Source: Acidimicrobiia bacterium (lineage in GTDB: Bacteria; Actinomycetota; Acidimicrobiia; Spongiisociales; UBA11373). Taken from it: a stretch of DNA of 20,000 nt. The DNA is taken from the NCBI GenBank assembly GCA_040878325.1, contig JBBDMM010000011.1, positions 48,595-68,594 of the forward strand, written 5' to 3'. A program made the translations under genes and the position numbers. Below are positions 9,193-16,681 of the stretch, piece by piece. Under the pieces are notes generated by a model that saw nothing but the letters and a program-made list of their open reading frames with translations, ran no database searches and was not told the DNA's origin. How positions within the stretch are numbered: the first letter of the stretch is position 1; each line of letters starts with the position of its first letter.

Positions 9193-10652
9193 GCCGCCTC
9201 CTGGACTGCAGCGTCGCGGGATTCGTCCTCGGCTCTCGCCACCGACGGGAACGCCAGGGCGATACCGATTACGAGCCATGCAAGGCGCGCAAACGCCATG
9301 TGCAGGAACACGGAGGTGACGAGGTACCCGACCAGCGACACCGCGACGGCGAATCCGATGCCATCGGAGCGCAGGTCGGCCATCCGTCTGAAGCGGCGTC
9401 GCCCCGCAGCGAGGGCAGTGAAGGATGCGACGACCAGTCCGGTGAGCGCGACGAGGCCGACGAGGCCGGTCTCGGCGGCAGTCTCCAGGTACAGGTTGTG
9501 GGCCTCGCGGGGTGTGTCGCGCACGTCGATGCCGAGGTCGTCGGAGTACGCGGGATACTCGGCCGCGAAGTTGCCGAAGCCCACCCCGGTGAGGGGGCGA
9601 TCCCAGAACATGGCCATGGCAGCCCCCAACTCGGCGGTACGCCCCCGGAGGGACGGGTCGATCCCGGCCTCGACCTCGCCGACCTCGGTGAGCGAGGTGA
9701 GCCGTTCGGCGTAGCCCGACGGCATCAACGGCAGCGCCGCGACCAGCAGCAGCCCGGCTGCTGCCACCGTTCGAAGGCGCGGCGGATGCCGAACGACCAT
9801 GAAGGCCATCACGATGGCCAGTGCGAGCAGCCCCCCTCGCGAGAACGTGAGCACCACGGTCACCGCCATCGCGACCACGGCGTAGCCGGCGATCGAGCGG
9901 AGAAGGCCCGATATTTCGTCGCGCATTCGGTCGAAGGCGAGCGGGATGATCATCACCAGCAGTTGGGCATAGAAGTTGGGGTCGCCCACCGGCCCCGAGA
10001 TTCGGACGTCATCCGTCCCCTCGAAGATGTTCTGTACGGCCGACTGGGCGAAGCCGCCAAAGGTGGATCCGAAGGATCCGGTGGCGAACTGGAAGATCGA
10101 GAGGGTGGCCAGCAGCGCGCCGCCCCCGACGAGTGCCCACACCAGGCGATGAAGGTCGGTCGCCCCGCGCAGCAGCATGCCGGCGAGGACCGCCACCGCG
10201 CCGTCTTCGAAGAGGGTGCGGACGGCTCCGGTTCCGTCGCCGGAGTCGCCGGAAATGAGCAGCGAGCCGATGGCGATCGCCCCGTAGGCCGCGACGAGCA
10301 GCAACGCCCGCCCGCCGCCCACCGGCCACTCAGCGGTTGCCCGGCCTCGCAGTATCAGGCCGAGGAGCACGATTGCCACAAGTGGGGCGAAGGTGGGTGG
10401 AGCTCCGTGGAAGTTGGTGGCGACATCGGCAAGGCGCAGCACTGCGAAGGCCGCCACCGCGATGAGGCCCCATTGGGGATCGAGGACTATTGCAGCCGCA
10501 CCGGCGATGGCGAGCAGCCCGGCGAGAACCAGAATCGGGGGCAGCACGCCCATGGCGGCGACCCCGGCGGCAACGATGAGGATCACCAGACCGGCGAACC
10601 CCCAGATGCCGCCGCGGCTCGCCCTCCGGCCCCGAGGGGCGGCGAGGGTCAT
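9183..10652 (-). CDS. O-antigen ligase / Wzy polymerase family membrane protein
   Basis: Multi-TM protein with RISGPVGDPNFYA, LTFSRGG, RPLTGVGFGNF and AHNLYLETAAETGLVGL (Wzy_C motifs). Confidence 0.9.
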   Translation of the reverse strand: MTLAAPRGRRASRGGIWGFAGLVILIVAAGVAAMGVLPPILVLAGLLAIAGAAAIVLDPQWGLIAVAAFAVLRLADVATNFHGAPPTFAPLVAIVLLGLILRGRATAEWPVGGGRALLLVAAYGAIAIGSLLISGDSGDGTGAVRTLFEDGAVAVLAGMLLRGATDLHRLVWALVGGGALLATLSIFQFATGSFGSTFGGFAQSAVQNIFEGTDDVRISGPVGDPNFYAQLLVMIIPLAFDRMRDEISGLLRSIAGYAVVAMAVTVVLTFSRGGLLALAIVMAFMVVRHPPRLRTVAAAGLLLVAALPLMPSGYAERLTSLTEVGEVEAGIDPSLRGRTAELGAAMAMFWDRPLTGVGFGNFAAEYPAYSDDLGIDVRDTPREAHNLYLETAAETGLVGLVALTGLVVASFTALAAGRRRFRRMADLRSDGIGFAVAVSLVGYLVTSVFLHMAFARLAWLVIGIALAFPSVARAEDESRDAAVQEAAWR

Positions 10653-11329
10653 CCGACCCTCTGGTACCGGTCGTGCTCTCTGATCGGAGTGACATTCCCA
10701 TACGCACCGAGCCGGCCGTGCATGGTCGAGTGGCGCCGGCCGGGCTCGGGATCACGGAGCAGGGCGATCGCCGATCCGACGAGGAGGCCGAGTATGGCCG
10801 CCATGCCGCCGAGTTCGATCAGCCCGCGGTTGGAGGGGGAGGTGGGCAGTACGGCCGGATCGAGCACGTCGGCGTCGTAGATCCGGTAGAACGCCACGAA
10901 CCGGGCGACGGCGGCATCGCCGACCGCGCCGGACAGTTGGACTGTCACCACCGGGTCCGGGCCGCGGACGGTGGTGGCGATCAGGTTGGCTTCGGGGAGC
11001 ACCACGCCGCCGATCTCATAACCCTCCAAAGAGGCCAGGTCGAGGCCAGCGGCGGCAGCAGCCTCGGCGCGAACGGATTCACTCTGCACGATCTCCACGA
11101 GGGTGGTCATGATCGACCGGCTGCGGGTCGAGTCGAGGGTCTTGACGCTCTCGGCCACGTCGACGTCATCCGGGGCGCTGTACGGGAAGACCACATAGGT
11201 CGCCCGGGCTTCGTAGACCGGGGAGGAATTGGTGTAGATGAAGGCAGCCGCCCCGAGCGCGATCAGCAGACCCAGGGCCGGGTAGTACCAGCCGAGGGCG
11301 ATCGAGCGGAGGGCGCTTCGGAAGTCCAT
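10649..11329 (-). CDS. Wzz/CpsC (YveK-like) chain-length determinant / polysaccharide co-polymerase
   Basis: N-terminal MDFRSALRSI...W then a TM, PVYEARAT, extracellular loop, LDPAVLPTSP, and a second Gly-rich TM (AAILGLLVGSAIALLRD). Confidence 0.8.
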   Translation of the reverse strand: MDFRSALRSIALGWYYPALGLLIALGAAAFIYTNSSPVYEARATYVVFPYSAPDDVDVAESVKTLDSTRSRSIMTTLVEIVQSESVRAEAAAAAGLDLASLEGYEIGGVVLPEANLIATTVRGPDPVVTVQLSGAVGDAAVARFVAFYRIYDADVLDPAVLPTSPSNRGLIELGGMAAILGLLVGSAIALLRDPEPGRRHSTMHGRLGAYGNVTPIREHDRYQRVG

Positions 11330-12022
11330 TTACTTGGCGCCTCGCTGGGTGAGCACGGCCGGAATGGTGCGGAACACGATCTGCAAGTCGAACCAGATGC
11401 TCCGGCGCTGCACGTACGCGATATCGAGCCTGGTGCGGTCGTCGAACTCGGAGAGCCCGCGCCCGTAGATCTGCCACAGGCCGGTGATACCCGGCTTGAC
11501 GTCGAGCCGCTCCGTTTGCCAGAGGCGGTACGTGTCAGCCATGAAGTCGGTGGGCCGTGGCCCGACGAGGCTGAGACGCCCCATCAGCACGTCCCACAAC
11601 TGGGGAAGCTCGTCGAGGCTGGTCTTGCGGAGGAAGCCGCCCGGACGGGTGATGCGCGGATCATTGGTGATCTTGAAGTCGGGCCATTCGAGCTCATTGA
11701 GGTGGCGAAGCTCCCACTTCATCTCTTCGGCGTCGGGGACCATCGTCCGAAACTTGTGCATGACGATGGTCTTGCCCCCGATTCCGGTGCGTCGCTGGGT
11801 GAACAACACCGGTGCGCTGGGATCGTCGATCTTGATGGCGAGCGCGCACATCCCCCACGCCACCACCCACAGCGGCATCGCAAGAATCACGAGAACGACG
11901 TCGAGCAATCGCTTGGCGATGGCATAGGCGTCGCCGGTGAGCATCCGGTGCTCGGGTCGCATCCGGTCGATCCATTCATAGCCGGACCAGAGGGCCGGCC
12001 GCGGAGTGGGGATGGCGGTCAT
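11330..12022 (-). CDS. Priming sugar transferase (Bac_transf, small monotopic phosphoglycosyl transferase)
   Basis: KRLLDV, KFRTM, DPRITRPGGFLRKTSLDELPQL, SLVGPRP, KPGITGLWQI, LDIAYV. Confidence 0.95.
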   Translation of the reverse strand: MTAIPTPRPALWSGYEWIDRMRPEHRMLTGDAYAIAKRLLDVVLVILAMPLWVVAWGMCALAIKIDDPSAPVLFTQRRTGIGGKTIVMHKFRTMVPDAEEMKWELRHLNELEWPDFKITNDPRITRPGGFLRKTSLDELPQLWDVLMGRLSLVGPRPTDFMADTYRLWQTERLDVKPGITGLWQIYGRGLSEFDDRTRLDIAYVQRRSIWFDLQIVFRTIPAVLTQRGAK

Positions 12023-12882
12023 CGGCTTGCCACCTCATTGACGGCGCGCAACAGCGGCTCGTGCCTTTGGCCGGCAGCGAGAACGCGCTCGGCGTGCTCG
12101 ACGAGGCCCTCGAACGCGATCCCGTCGTCGGGAAAGGCCGCGGTACCGGCGTGGGCGGGTACGCCTACCCGGGCGGCCGCTTCGACCACCCGGCGCACGA
12201 GCAGCTCGGCACCGGTTTGGTCCGTCTCGGGACTCAAGATGAACAGCTGCCCCGAAGTCCGATGCTCGAAGAGCAGATCGGAACGTCGTAGCTGATCGCC
12301 GACCGCCCGAGCCAGGCGGCCGAGGACGAAGCGGTTGCGCACTGCCCGATCCATGTCACCGGAGGCCTGGTCGATCGCACGGGCGAGGGACCGCTCTTCC
12401 GCTACGAGCACGGTGAGGGTCATCGGCCGGCCGTGGCGGCGGCTTCGAGCCAGCTCGGCGTGGATCTCCGCCGCGGCCTTGGGTGACTCGATGTCGATCG
12501 CCGGCGACTCTCCGAAGGCGACCGCGCCGAGGGTTTCGTCCAGCTCGGCGAGAATCGTCCCGACACGCTGGCCCAGCCACGAGGCCAGGGCGAGGAATGC
12601 AACTTCGGTGACCATTACATAGACATCGCCATCAACGGATCGAAACCGGGTGATCGTCCCGCCGAAGAGGAGGTGGATCCCTACGGCGAATGCGGGAACC
12701 AACCAGGGTCGGGCGCGCCGGAGTCCGGCGAACACGAGGGGGGCGGTGACCGCCAGCGCAGCCAGGGCATACACATGCGACGCGATGGCGTCCGAGCCGC
12801 GACTGAGCCCGGCGCGGTCGACCGCGATCGCCGCGGTGAAGAGCAGGACGAGGCCGGCCAATGGCCGACGAAGCCGGATCAA
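12019..12882 (-). CDS. Membrane protein (about 4 TM) with C-terminal degenerate GGDEF domain; putative c-di-GMP receptor
   Basis: TTG start 6 nt after AAGGAGG. ELARSRRHGRPMTL, LRRSDLLF (RxxD I-site), LFILSPETDQTGA and GTAAFPDDG...LVEHAERVL follow the GGDEF fold pattern, but GG[DE]EF is replaced by (R)TSGQL. Confidence 0.75.
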   Translation of the reverse strand: MIRLRRPLAGLVLLFTAAIAVDRAGLSRGSDAIASHVYALAALAVTAPLVFAGLRRARPWLVPAFAVGIHLLFGGTITRFRSVDGDVYVMVTEVAFLALASWLGQRVGTILAELDETLGAVAFGESPAIDIESPKAAAEIHAELARSRRHGRPMTLTVLVAEERSLARAIDQASGDMDRAVRNRFVLGRLARAVGDQLRRSDLLFEHRTSGQLFILSPETDQTGAELLVRRVVEAAARVGVPAHAGTAAFPDDGIAFEGLVEHAERVLAAGQRHEPLLRAVNEVASR

Positions 12883-12945
12883 CAGATGCCTCCTTGGGCG
12901 GTCATGGGGCCAAACTCCGCTCCCGAGCCGGAGTGGTCAGCGCGC

Positions 12946-12998
12946 CACGCTGAGTAGCAACATACGCCTTTTGGGCTCCGAAATCAATACTCTGAGTA
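12946..12998. promoter_or_regulatory. Two related operator-like boxes flanking the promoter
   Basis: TACTCTGAGTA (12988-12998, perfect palindrome around a central T) and CACGCTGAGTA (12946-12956). Centres are 42 bp apart. Confidence 0.5.
12959..12987 (-). promoter_or_regulatory. sigma70/HrdB-type promoter of the polysaccharide operon
   Basis: On the minus strand: TTGATT (12987-12982), exactly 17 nt, TATGTT (12964-12959). Predicted start site is about 12952, about 70 nt before the TTG start codon. Confidence 0.65.
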
Positions 12999-13063
12999 GT
13001 TACGGCCCCACCTCTTGTCGAATGACGATTTCGGCCGGTTGTGGCAGGGGCTTGATGAAATTG

Positions 13064-13159
13064 GCGATACGCAATCCGACAAAAGGGGACCAGCCTCTGA
13101 CGCGTTCGTTCTCGTATCGCGGATTTTCGAATCGCGTATCGCGAATTGCGTATCGCGCT
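13064..13159. repeat. Degenerate heptamer tandem array plus 12-bp inverted repeat
   Basis: TCTCGTA TCGCGGA T TTTCGAA TCGCGTA TCGCGAA TTGCGTA TCGCGCT at 13110-13159. GCGATACGCAAT (13064-13075) is the exact reverse complement of 13145-13156. Confidence 0.7.
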
Positions 13160-13226
13160 TGTTGCCCAGCAAGGCTCGCCCCAGCCCCCCACTACCCTCT
13201 CCCCACCCCACTACTCGGCAGGCAAC

Positions 13227-13940
13227 ATGGAGGACATTCGCAGCCTCGAGGATCTCCTCGATCTTCAGGCGGTCGACTCTGAGATCGACCGCCTGCTCGA
13301 ACAGCGGGGGAGTCTCCCCCTCCTCGACGAGTACCGGGCCGCCAACACGCTTTCGAAGCGCCTCGCTGCCGACATCGCCGGGCGGTCCTCCCACTTGCGC
13401 GAGGTCGACCTCGCCGAGGACAAGATCGAAGGGGAGATGCGGATCGACGAGGTGAAGCTCGAGCGGGAGGAGCGGCGGCTCTACGCCGGAGGGCTGAGCG
13501 CTCGGGACGCCGGCCACCTGCGAGACGAAGTCGCCATGCTGCGCACCCGGATTTCGACGCGGGAAGATGAGGCTCTCGCCCTGATCGATCAGCGGGAGGG
13601 GCTGCAGGCCGAAATCGACGCGCTCGAGGAGCGCCGCCGTGGTGTCGTGGAGACCGAGAACCGGCTCGAGGGAGAGATCCAGCGGGAATGGGCCCGGATC
13701 GACGAGAACGTGATCCGCCTTCGTGAGAAGCGGAGCGGAATCGTTCCGATGATCGACCCCGAGCTGGTCGAGCTATACGAGGAGATCCGGCCCTCCAAAG
13801 AGGGGGTGGCGGCGGCTGCCCTGGTCGATGGAGTGTGCGGTGCTTGCCACCTGCGCTTGTCGGCCGCCGAACGATCCCAGGCGCTCAAGGGCCACCCGCC
13901 GCGCTGTGTCCATTGCCGCCGGATACTGTCGCCACGGTGA
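13227..13940 (+). CDS. Coiled-coil protein with C4-type zinc ribbon (DUF164 / Rv2229c-like)
   Basis: LLDLQAVDSEIDRL, long coiled coil, ELVELYEEIR, and CGACHLRL...CVHCRRIL. Confidence 0.9.
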   Translation: MEDIRSLEDLLDLQAVDSEIDRLLEQRGSLPLLDEYRAANTLSKRLAADIAGRSSHLREVDLAEDKIEGEMRIDEVKLEREERRLYAGGLSARDAGHLRDEVAMLRTRISTREDEALALIDQREGLQAEIDALEERRRGVVETENRLEGEIQREWARIDENVIRLREKRSGIVPMIDPELVELYEEIRPSKEGVAAAALVDGVCGACHLRLSAAERSQALKGHPPRCVHCRRILSPR

Positions 13941-14338
13941 GCCATGTCCTCTACTGCGATGGCGCATCGCGCGGCAATCCCGGTCCTGCCGCGATCGGCT
14001 TCGTCCTCCTCGACCCCACCGGCGGCACGGTGATCGAGATGGGGTCGATGATCGGCATCGCCACCAACAATGTGGCGGAGTACCAGGCGTTGATCACCGG
14101 CCTAGAGGCGGCCCGCACCAAGGGCGTGGACGACCTCGCGGTACGACTGGACAGTCTGCTGCTCGTGCGCCAGGTGAACGGCGAGTTTCGTGTCAAGGCC
14201 GAGAATCTCAAGCCGCTCCACCGTCGGGCGGTGGGCCTGCTGCGAGAGTTCGCCCGGGTCGAGGTGGCTCATGTCCGCCGGCACTTGAACAGCCGGGCCG
14301 ATGCGCTGGCGAACGCCGCCTACGACGAGGGAGGCTGA
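13937..14338 (+). CDS. rnhA: Ribonuclease HI (stand-alone, actinobacterial/archaeal type)
   Basis: GTG start overlapping the upstream TGA. LYCDGASRGNPGPA, ATNNVAEYQAL, DSLLLVRQVNG, HVRRHLNSRADALAN, with all four catalytic acidic residues (D,E,D,D). Confidence 0.93.
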   Translation: MSHVLYCDGASRGNPGPAAIGFVLLDPTGGTVIEMGSMIGIATNNVAEYQALITGLEAARTKGVDDLAVRLDSLLLVRQVNGEFRVKAENLKPLHRRAVGLLREFARVEVAHVRRHLNSRADALANAAYDEGG

Positions 14339-14340
14339 CG

Positions 14341-14877
14341 GTGCTGCTGTGGCATCTCGGCATGACGACACTCGCTGCGCGCTATGTGTTTCGAGATCCC
14401 AACATGGACCTGAGGTGGTTGGCGCTCGGGGCGCTCCTCCCGGACATCGTCGACAAGCCGATCGGCGCGATCTTCTGGAACGACGTGTTCCACAACCACC
14501 GGGTGTATGCCCACTCCTTGTTGCTTCCGGTGCTCGCCCTGGCGGGGGCCATGATCTTCACCCGACGGCGGTCGGTTTCCCGCAAGGCGGCGATCGTGGT
14601 GGTGCTGGGGTGGTTCCTTCACCTGATCCTCGATGGGGTCTGGGCGAGCCCCGGGGCTTTCCTGTGGCCGCTGTTCGGCTTCGACTTCCCGCGAGTCGCC
14701 GGCTCCGATTTCGGCACGCTCGTGGGCAACATGATCAGCAATCCCCTGGTCTGGCTCGGGGAGGTGGCTGGTGCGGCCTACTTGATCTACCTGTGGCGCA
14801 GTCACCTCGGTGAGCCAGGGGCGGTGGCCCGGTTCCTGCGCGACGGGAAGGTCACTCACTCCCTCAGGGTTCGGTGA
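14341..14877 (+). CDS. Membrane-bound metal-dependent hydrolase (YdjM/DUF457-like)
   Basis: GTG after GGAGG. WH, GALLPDIVDKP, HRVYAHSL, HLILD, FLWPL. Confidence 0.85.
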   Translation: MLLWHLGMTTLAARYVFRDPNMDLRWLALGALLPDIVDKPIGAIFWNDVFHNHRVYAHSLLLPVLALAGAMIFTRRRSVSRKAAIVVVLGWFLHLILDGVWASPGAFLWPLFGFDFPRVAGSDFGTLVGNMISNPLVWLGEVAGAAYLIYLWRSHLGEPGAVARFLRDGKVTHSLRVR

Positions 14878-15265
14878 CCGGAGCCGCCGGCTCGTAGCCG
14901 GCCCGCCGGGTCTTCGCCAACATTCGGAGCGAGGCCAGGATCAGCAACACGGCGAACATCCTGCGCAGCAGCACGGCGTCGAGGGCGAGGGCGGTTCGCG
15001 CCCCGAAAAAGCCTCCGACCAGTGAGGCGAGGGCGAGCGGCACTACGAGATTCCAATCCACTCGCTTTGCCCGCCCGTGAACGAATCCCGCCACGATCAT
15101 CGTCGGCACGATCACCGCGAGCGAAGTCCCCTGCGCCTCGTGCTGGGCGAACCCGAAAAGGGCAACCAGGGCGGGAACGTAGACGATTCCACCGCCGACG
15201 CCGAGGGCTGCCGACATCACTCCGGCGAGGAGCCCCACCACGATGAGAGCGATGATCGTGATCAT
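14864..15265 (-). CDS. TauE/SafE (TSUP) family permease, half-size subunit
   Basis: GLLAGVMSAALGVGGGIVYVPAL, QHEAQGTSL, VDW. ATGA overlap with the upstream half. 133 aa. Confidence 0.87.
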   Translation of the reverse strand: MITIIALIVVGLLAGVMSAALGVGGGIVYVPALVALFGFAQHEAQGTSLAVIVPTMIVAGFVHGRAKRVDWNLVVPLALASLVGGFFGARTALALDAVLLRRMFAVLLILASLRMLAKTRRAGYEPAAPVTEP

Positions 15266-15615
15266 ATGGCCATCCTGATGGCGGCGACGACCGTGAGGCT
15301 GAAGAAGGCCCGGGCCAGCCAGACGGGGCTCACCCGTGACACCAGAGTCGCCCCGGCAAACGCGCCGATCAGCGAACCGCACAAGATCCATCCGGCGGTG
15401 GTCCAGTCGACCTCGCCGTCCATGGCAAAGGGAATCAACCCTGCGCTTGCCGCTGCCACGATCACCGCAGCCGAGGTTCCGTGAGCCCGGTGTTGACCCA
15501 TGGCGAACCACAGGACGAGCACCGGGACCATTACCAGGCCGCCTCCAATCCCGAACAGCCCACCGGCAAACCCGGCGGCAAGGCCGAGGGCGGTCGCTTC
15601 GAGGGTCCGGCGCAT
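15262..15615 (-). CDS. TauE/SafE (TSUP) family permease, half-size subunit
   Basis: GLAAGFAGGLFGIGGGLVMVPVL, QHRAHGTS, VDW, GAFAGA. 117 aa. Confidence 0.87.
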   Translation of the reverse strand: MRRTLEATALGLAAGFAGGLFGIGGGLVMVPVLVLWFAMGQHRAHGTSAAVIVAAASAGLIPFAMDGEVDWTTAGWILCGSLIGAFAGATLVSRVSPVWLARAFFSLTVVAAIRMAI

Positions 15616-15622
15616 TTCGGCG

Positions 15623-15679
15623 ATGGTAGGCCGCAGCAGGTCGCCCCTCTTTGCGTCTCCGGCCGCGATGCCATACCTT
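15623..15679. promoter_or_regulatory. Back-to-back -10 boxes for two divergent leaderless transcripts
   Basis: Minus-strand TACCAT (15628-15623) is 7 nt before ATG 15615. Plus-strand TACCTT (15674-15679) is 6 nt before ATG 15686. Neither gene has an SD. Confidence 0.55.
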
Positions 15680-15685
15680 CCTCCG

Positions 15686-16681
15686 ATGCGCCTCGGTCTG
15701 AGCCCCTCCACGCCCGGATTCACCGCCCCCGATCTCGTCGACCTGGCAGTCGAGGCGGAACGGCTCGGGTACGAGGAGGCGTGGGTGGCCGAGGTGGCGG
15801 GGCCGGAAGCGTTCACCCTGCTGGGGGCGTTGGCCAGTCGAACCGAGCGCATGCACCTGGGGGTGGCAGTGGTGCCGGCGATGACGAGGTCGCCGGCGCT
15901 GCTGGCGATGGGGGCGACGACCGTGAGCCAGTTGCTCGGCGGGCGCGAGTTCTCACTCGGCATCGGCTCCTCGTCGAACGTGATCGTGGAGCAGTGGCAC
16001 GGAGCCGAGTTCGTCCCTCCGTTGGGTCGGGTGCGCGAGTCGGTCGAGGCCACTCGGGCGCTGCTCGATGGTGAGCGGGAGTACCTCGGCGAGCACCTGA
16101 CCACCCGGCGGTTCCGCCTCGATGTTCCTCCAGCGGGGCCGGTGCGGCTGTTCGTCGGCGCCCTCGGCCCGCGGATGTTGCGGCTCGCCGGTGCGGTGGG
16201 CGACGGGGTATGTCTCAACCTGATGCCGCCGGAGGCAGTGCCCCGCCAGATCGCCGAGATTCGCCGGGGTGCCGACGAGGCCGGCCGCGACCTGCCCGAC
16301 CACTTCAGGGTGATGGCCCGGTTCCATGTGGTGATTACCGATGACGTCGACGCGGGGCGAGGGATGATTCGAGCCGGGTTCGGGCCCTACTTCGCCCAGC
16401 CGGTCTACAACCGGTTCCTCGCCTGGCTGGGCCACGACGACGCCGCCCGGGGGATTGCAGACGCGTTCGCCCGAGGCGACCGTGCCGGTGTGGCAGCCGC
16501 ATTCTCCGATCCGATCGTCGATGGAGTCGGGCTGGTGGGTTCGCCCGACACCATCCGACGGCGATTGGAGGAATACGCCGCGGTCGGGGTCGACGTCGGC
16601 GCGCTCAACATCATCGGTGATGCCGCCACCGTCTACGCGGGTCTGAAGCAGCTCGCCCGGCCGGTTAGTGCTGGTTCCTGA
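15686..16681 (+). CDS. LLM class (luciferase-like) oxidoreductase, probably F420-dependent
   Basis: AVEAERLGYEEAWVAE, TRSPALLAM, FSLGIGSS, GALGPRMLRLAGAVGDG, LVGSPD. Confidence 0.9.
   Translation: MRLGLSPSTPGFTAPDLVDLAVEAERLGYEEAWVAEVAGPEAFTLLGALASRTERMHLGVAVVPAMTRSPALLAMGATTVSQLLGGREFSLGIGSSSNVIVEQWHGAEFVPPLGRVRESVEATRALLDGEREYLGEHLTTRRFRLDVPPAGPVRLFVGALGPRMLRLAGAVGDGVCLNLMPPEAVPRQIAEIRRGADEAGRDLPDHFRVMARFHVVITDDVDAGRGMIRAGFGPYFAQPVYNRFLAWLGHDDAARGIADAFARGDRAGVAAAFSDPIVDGVGLVGSPDTIRRRLEEYAAVGVDVGALNIIGDAATVYAGLKQLARPVSAGS

Noticed and set aside
9300..12295. Long plus-strand ORFs (526 aa, 540 aa) antisense to wzy, wzz and the sugar transferase
   Set aside because: Typical stop-poor antisense shadows of high-GC genes, with no motifs.
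12019..12882. Calling the first operon gene an active diguanylate cyclase
   Set aside because: The GG[DE]EF signature and the metal-binding Asp are absent.
12883..13226. c-di-GMP riboswitch, tRNA or CRISPR array in the intergenic region
   Set aside because: No c-di-GMP-I/II consensus elements and no cloverleaf or T-loop seen. Repeats are 7-12 nt without unique spacers, and there are no cas genes.
13828..14340. 349-aa ORF implying a long N-terminal extension of the hydrolase
   Set aside because: The extension overlaps rnhA in another frame. GTG 14341 with a GGAGG SD is the plausible start.
14864..15615. Frameshifted single TauE pseudogene
   Set aside because: Both halves have proper starts and stops, an ATGA coupling and complete repeat units. 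Half-size TSUP proteins are known.
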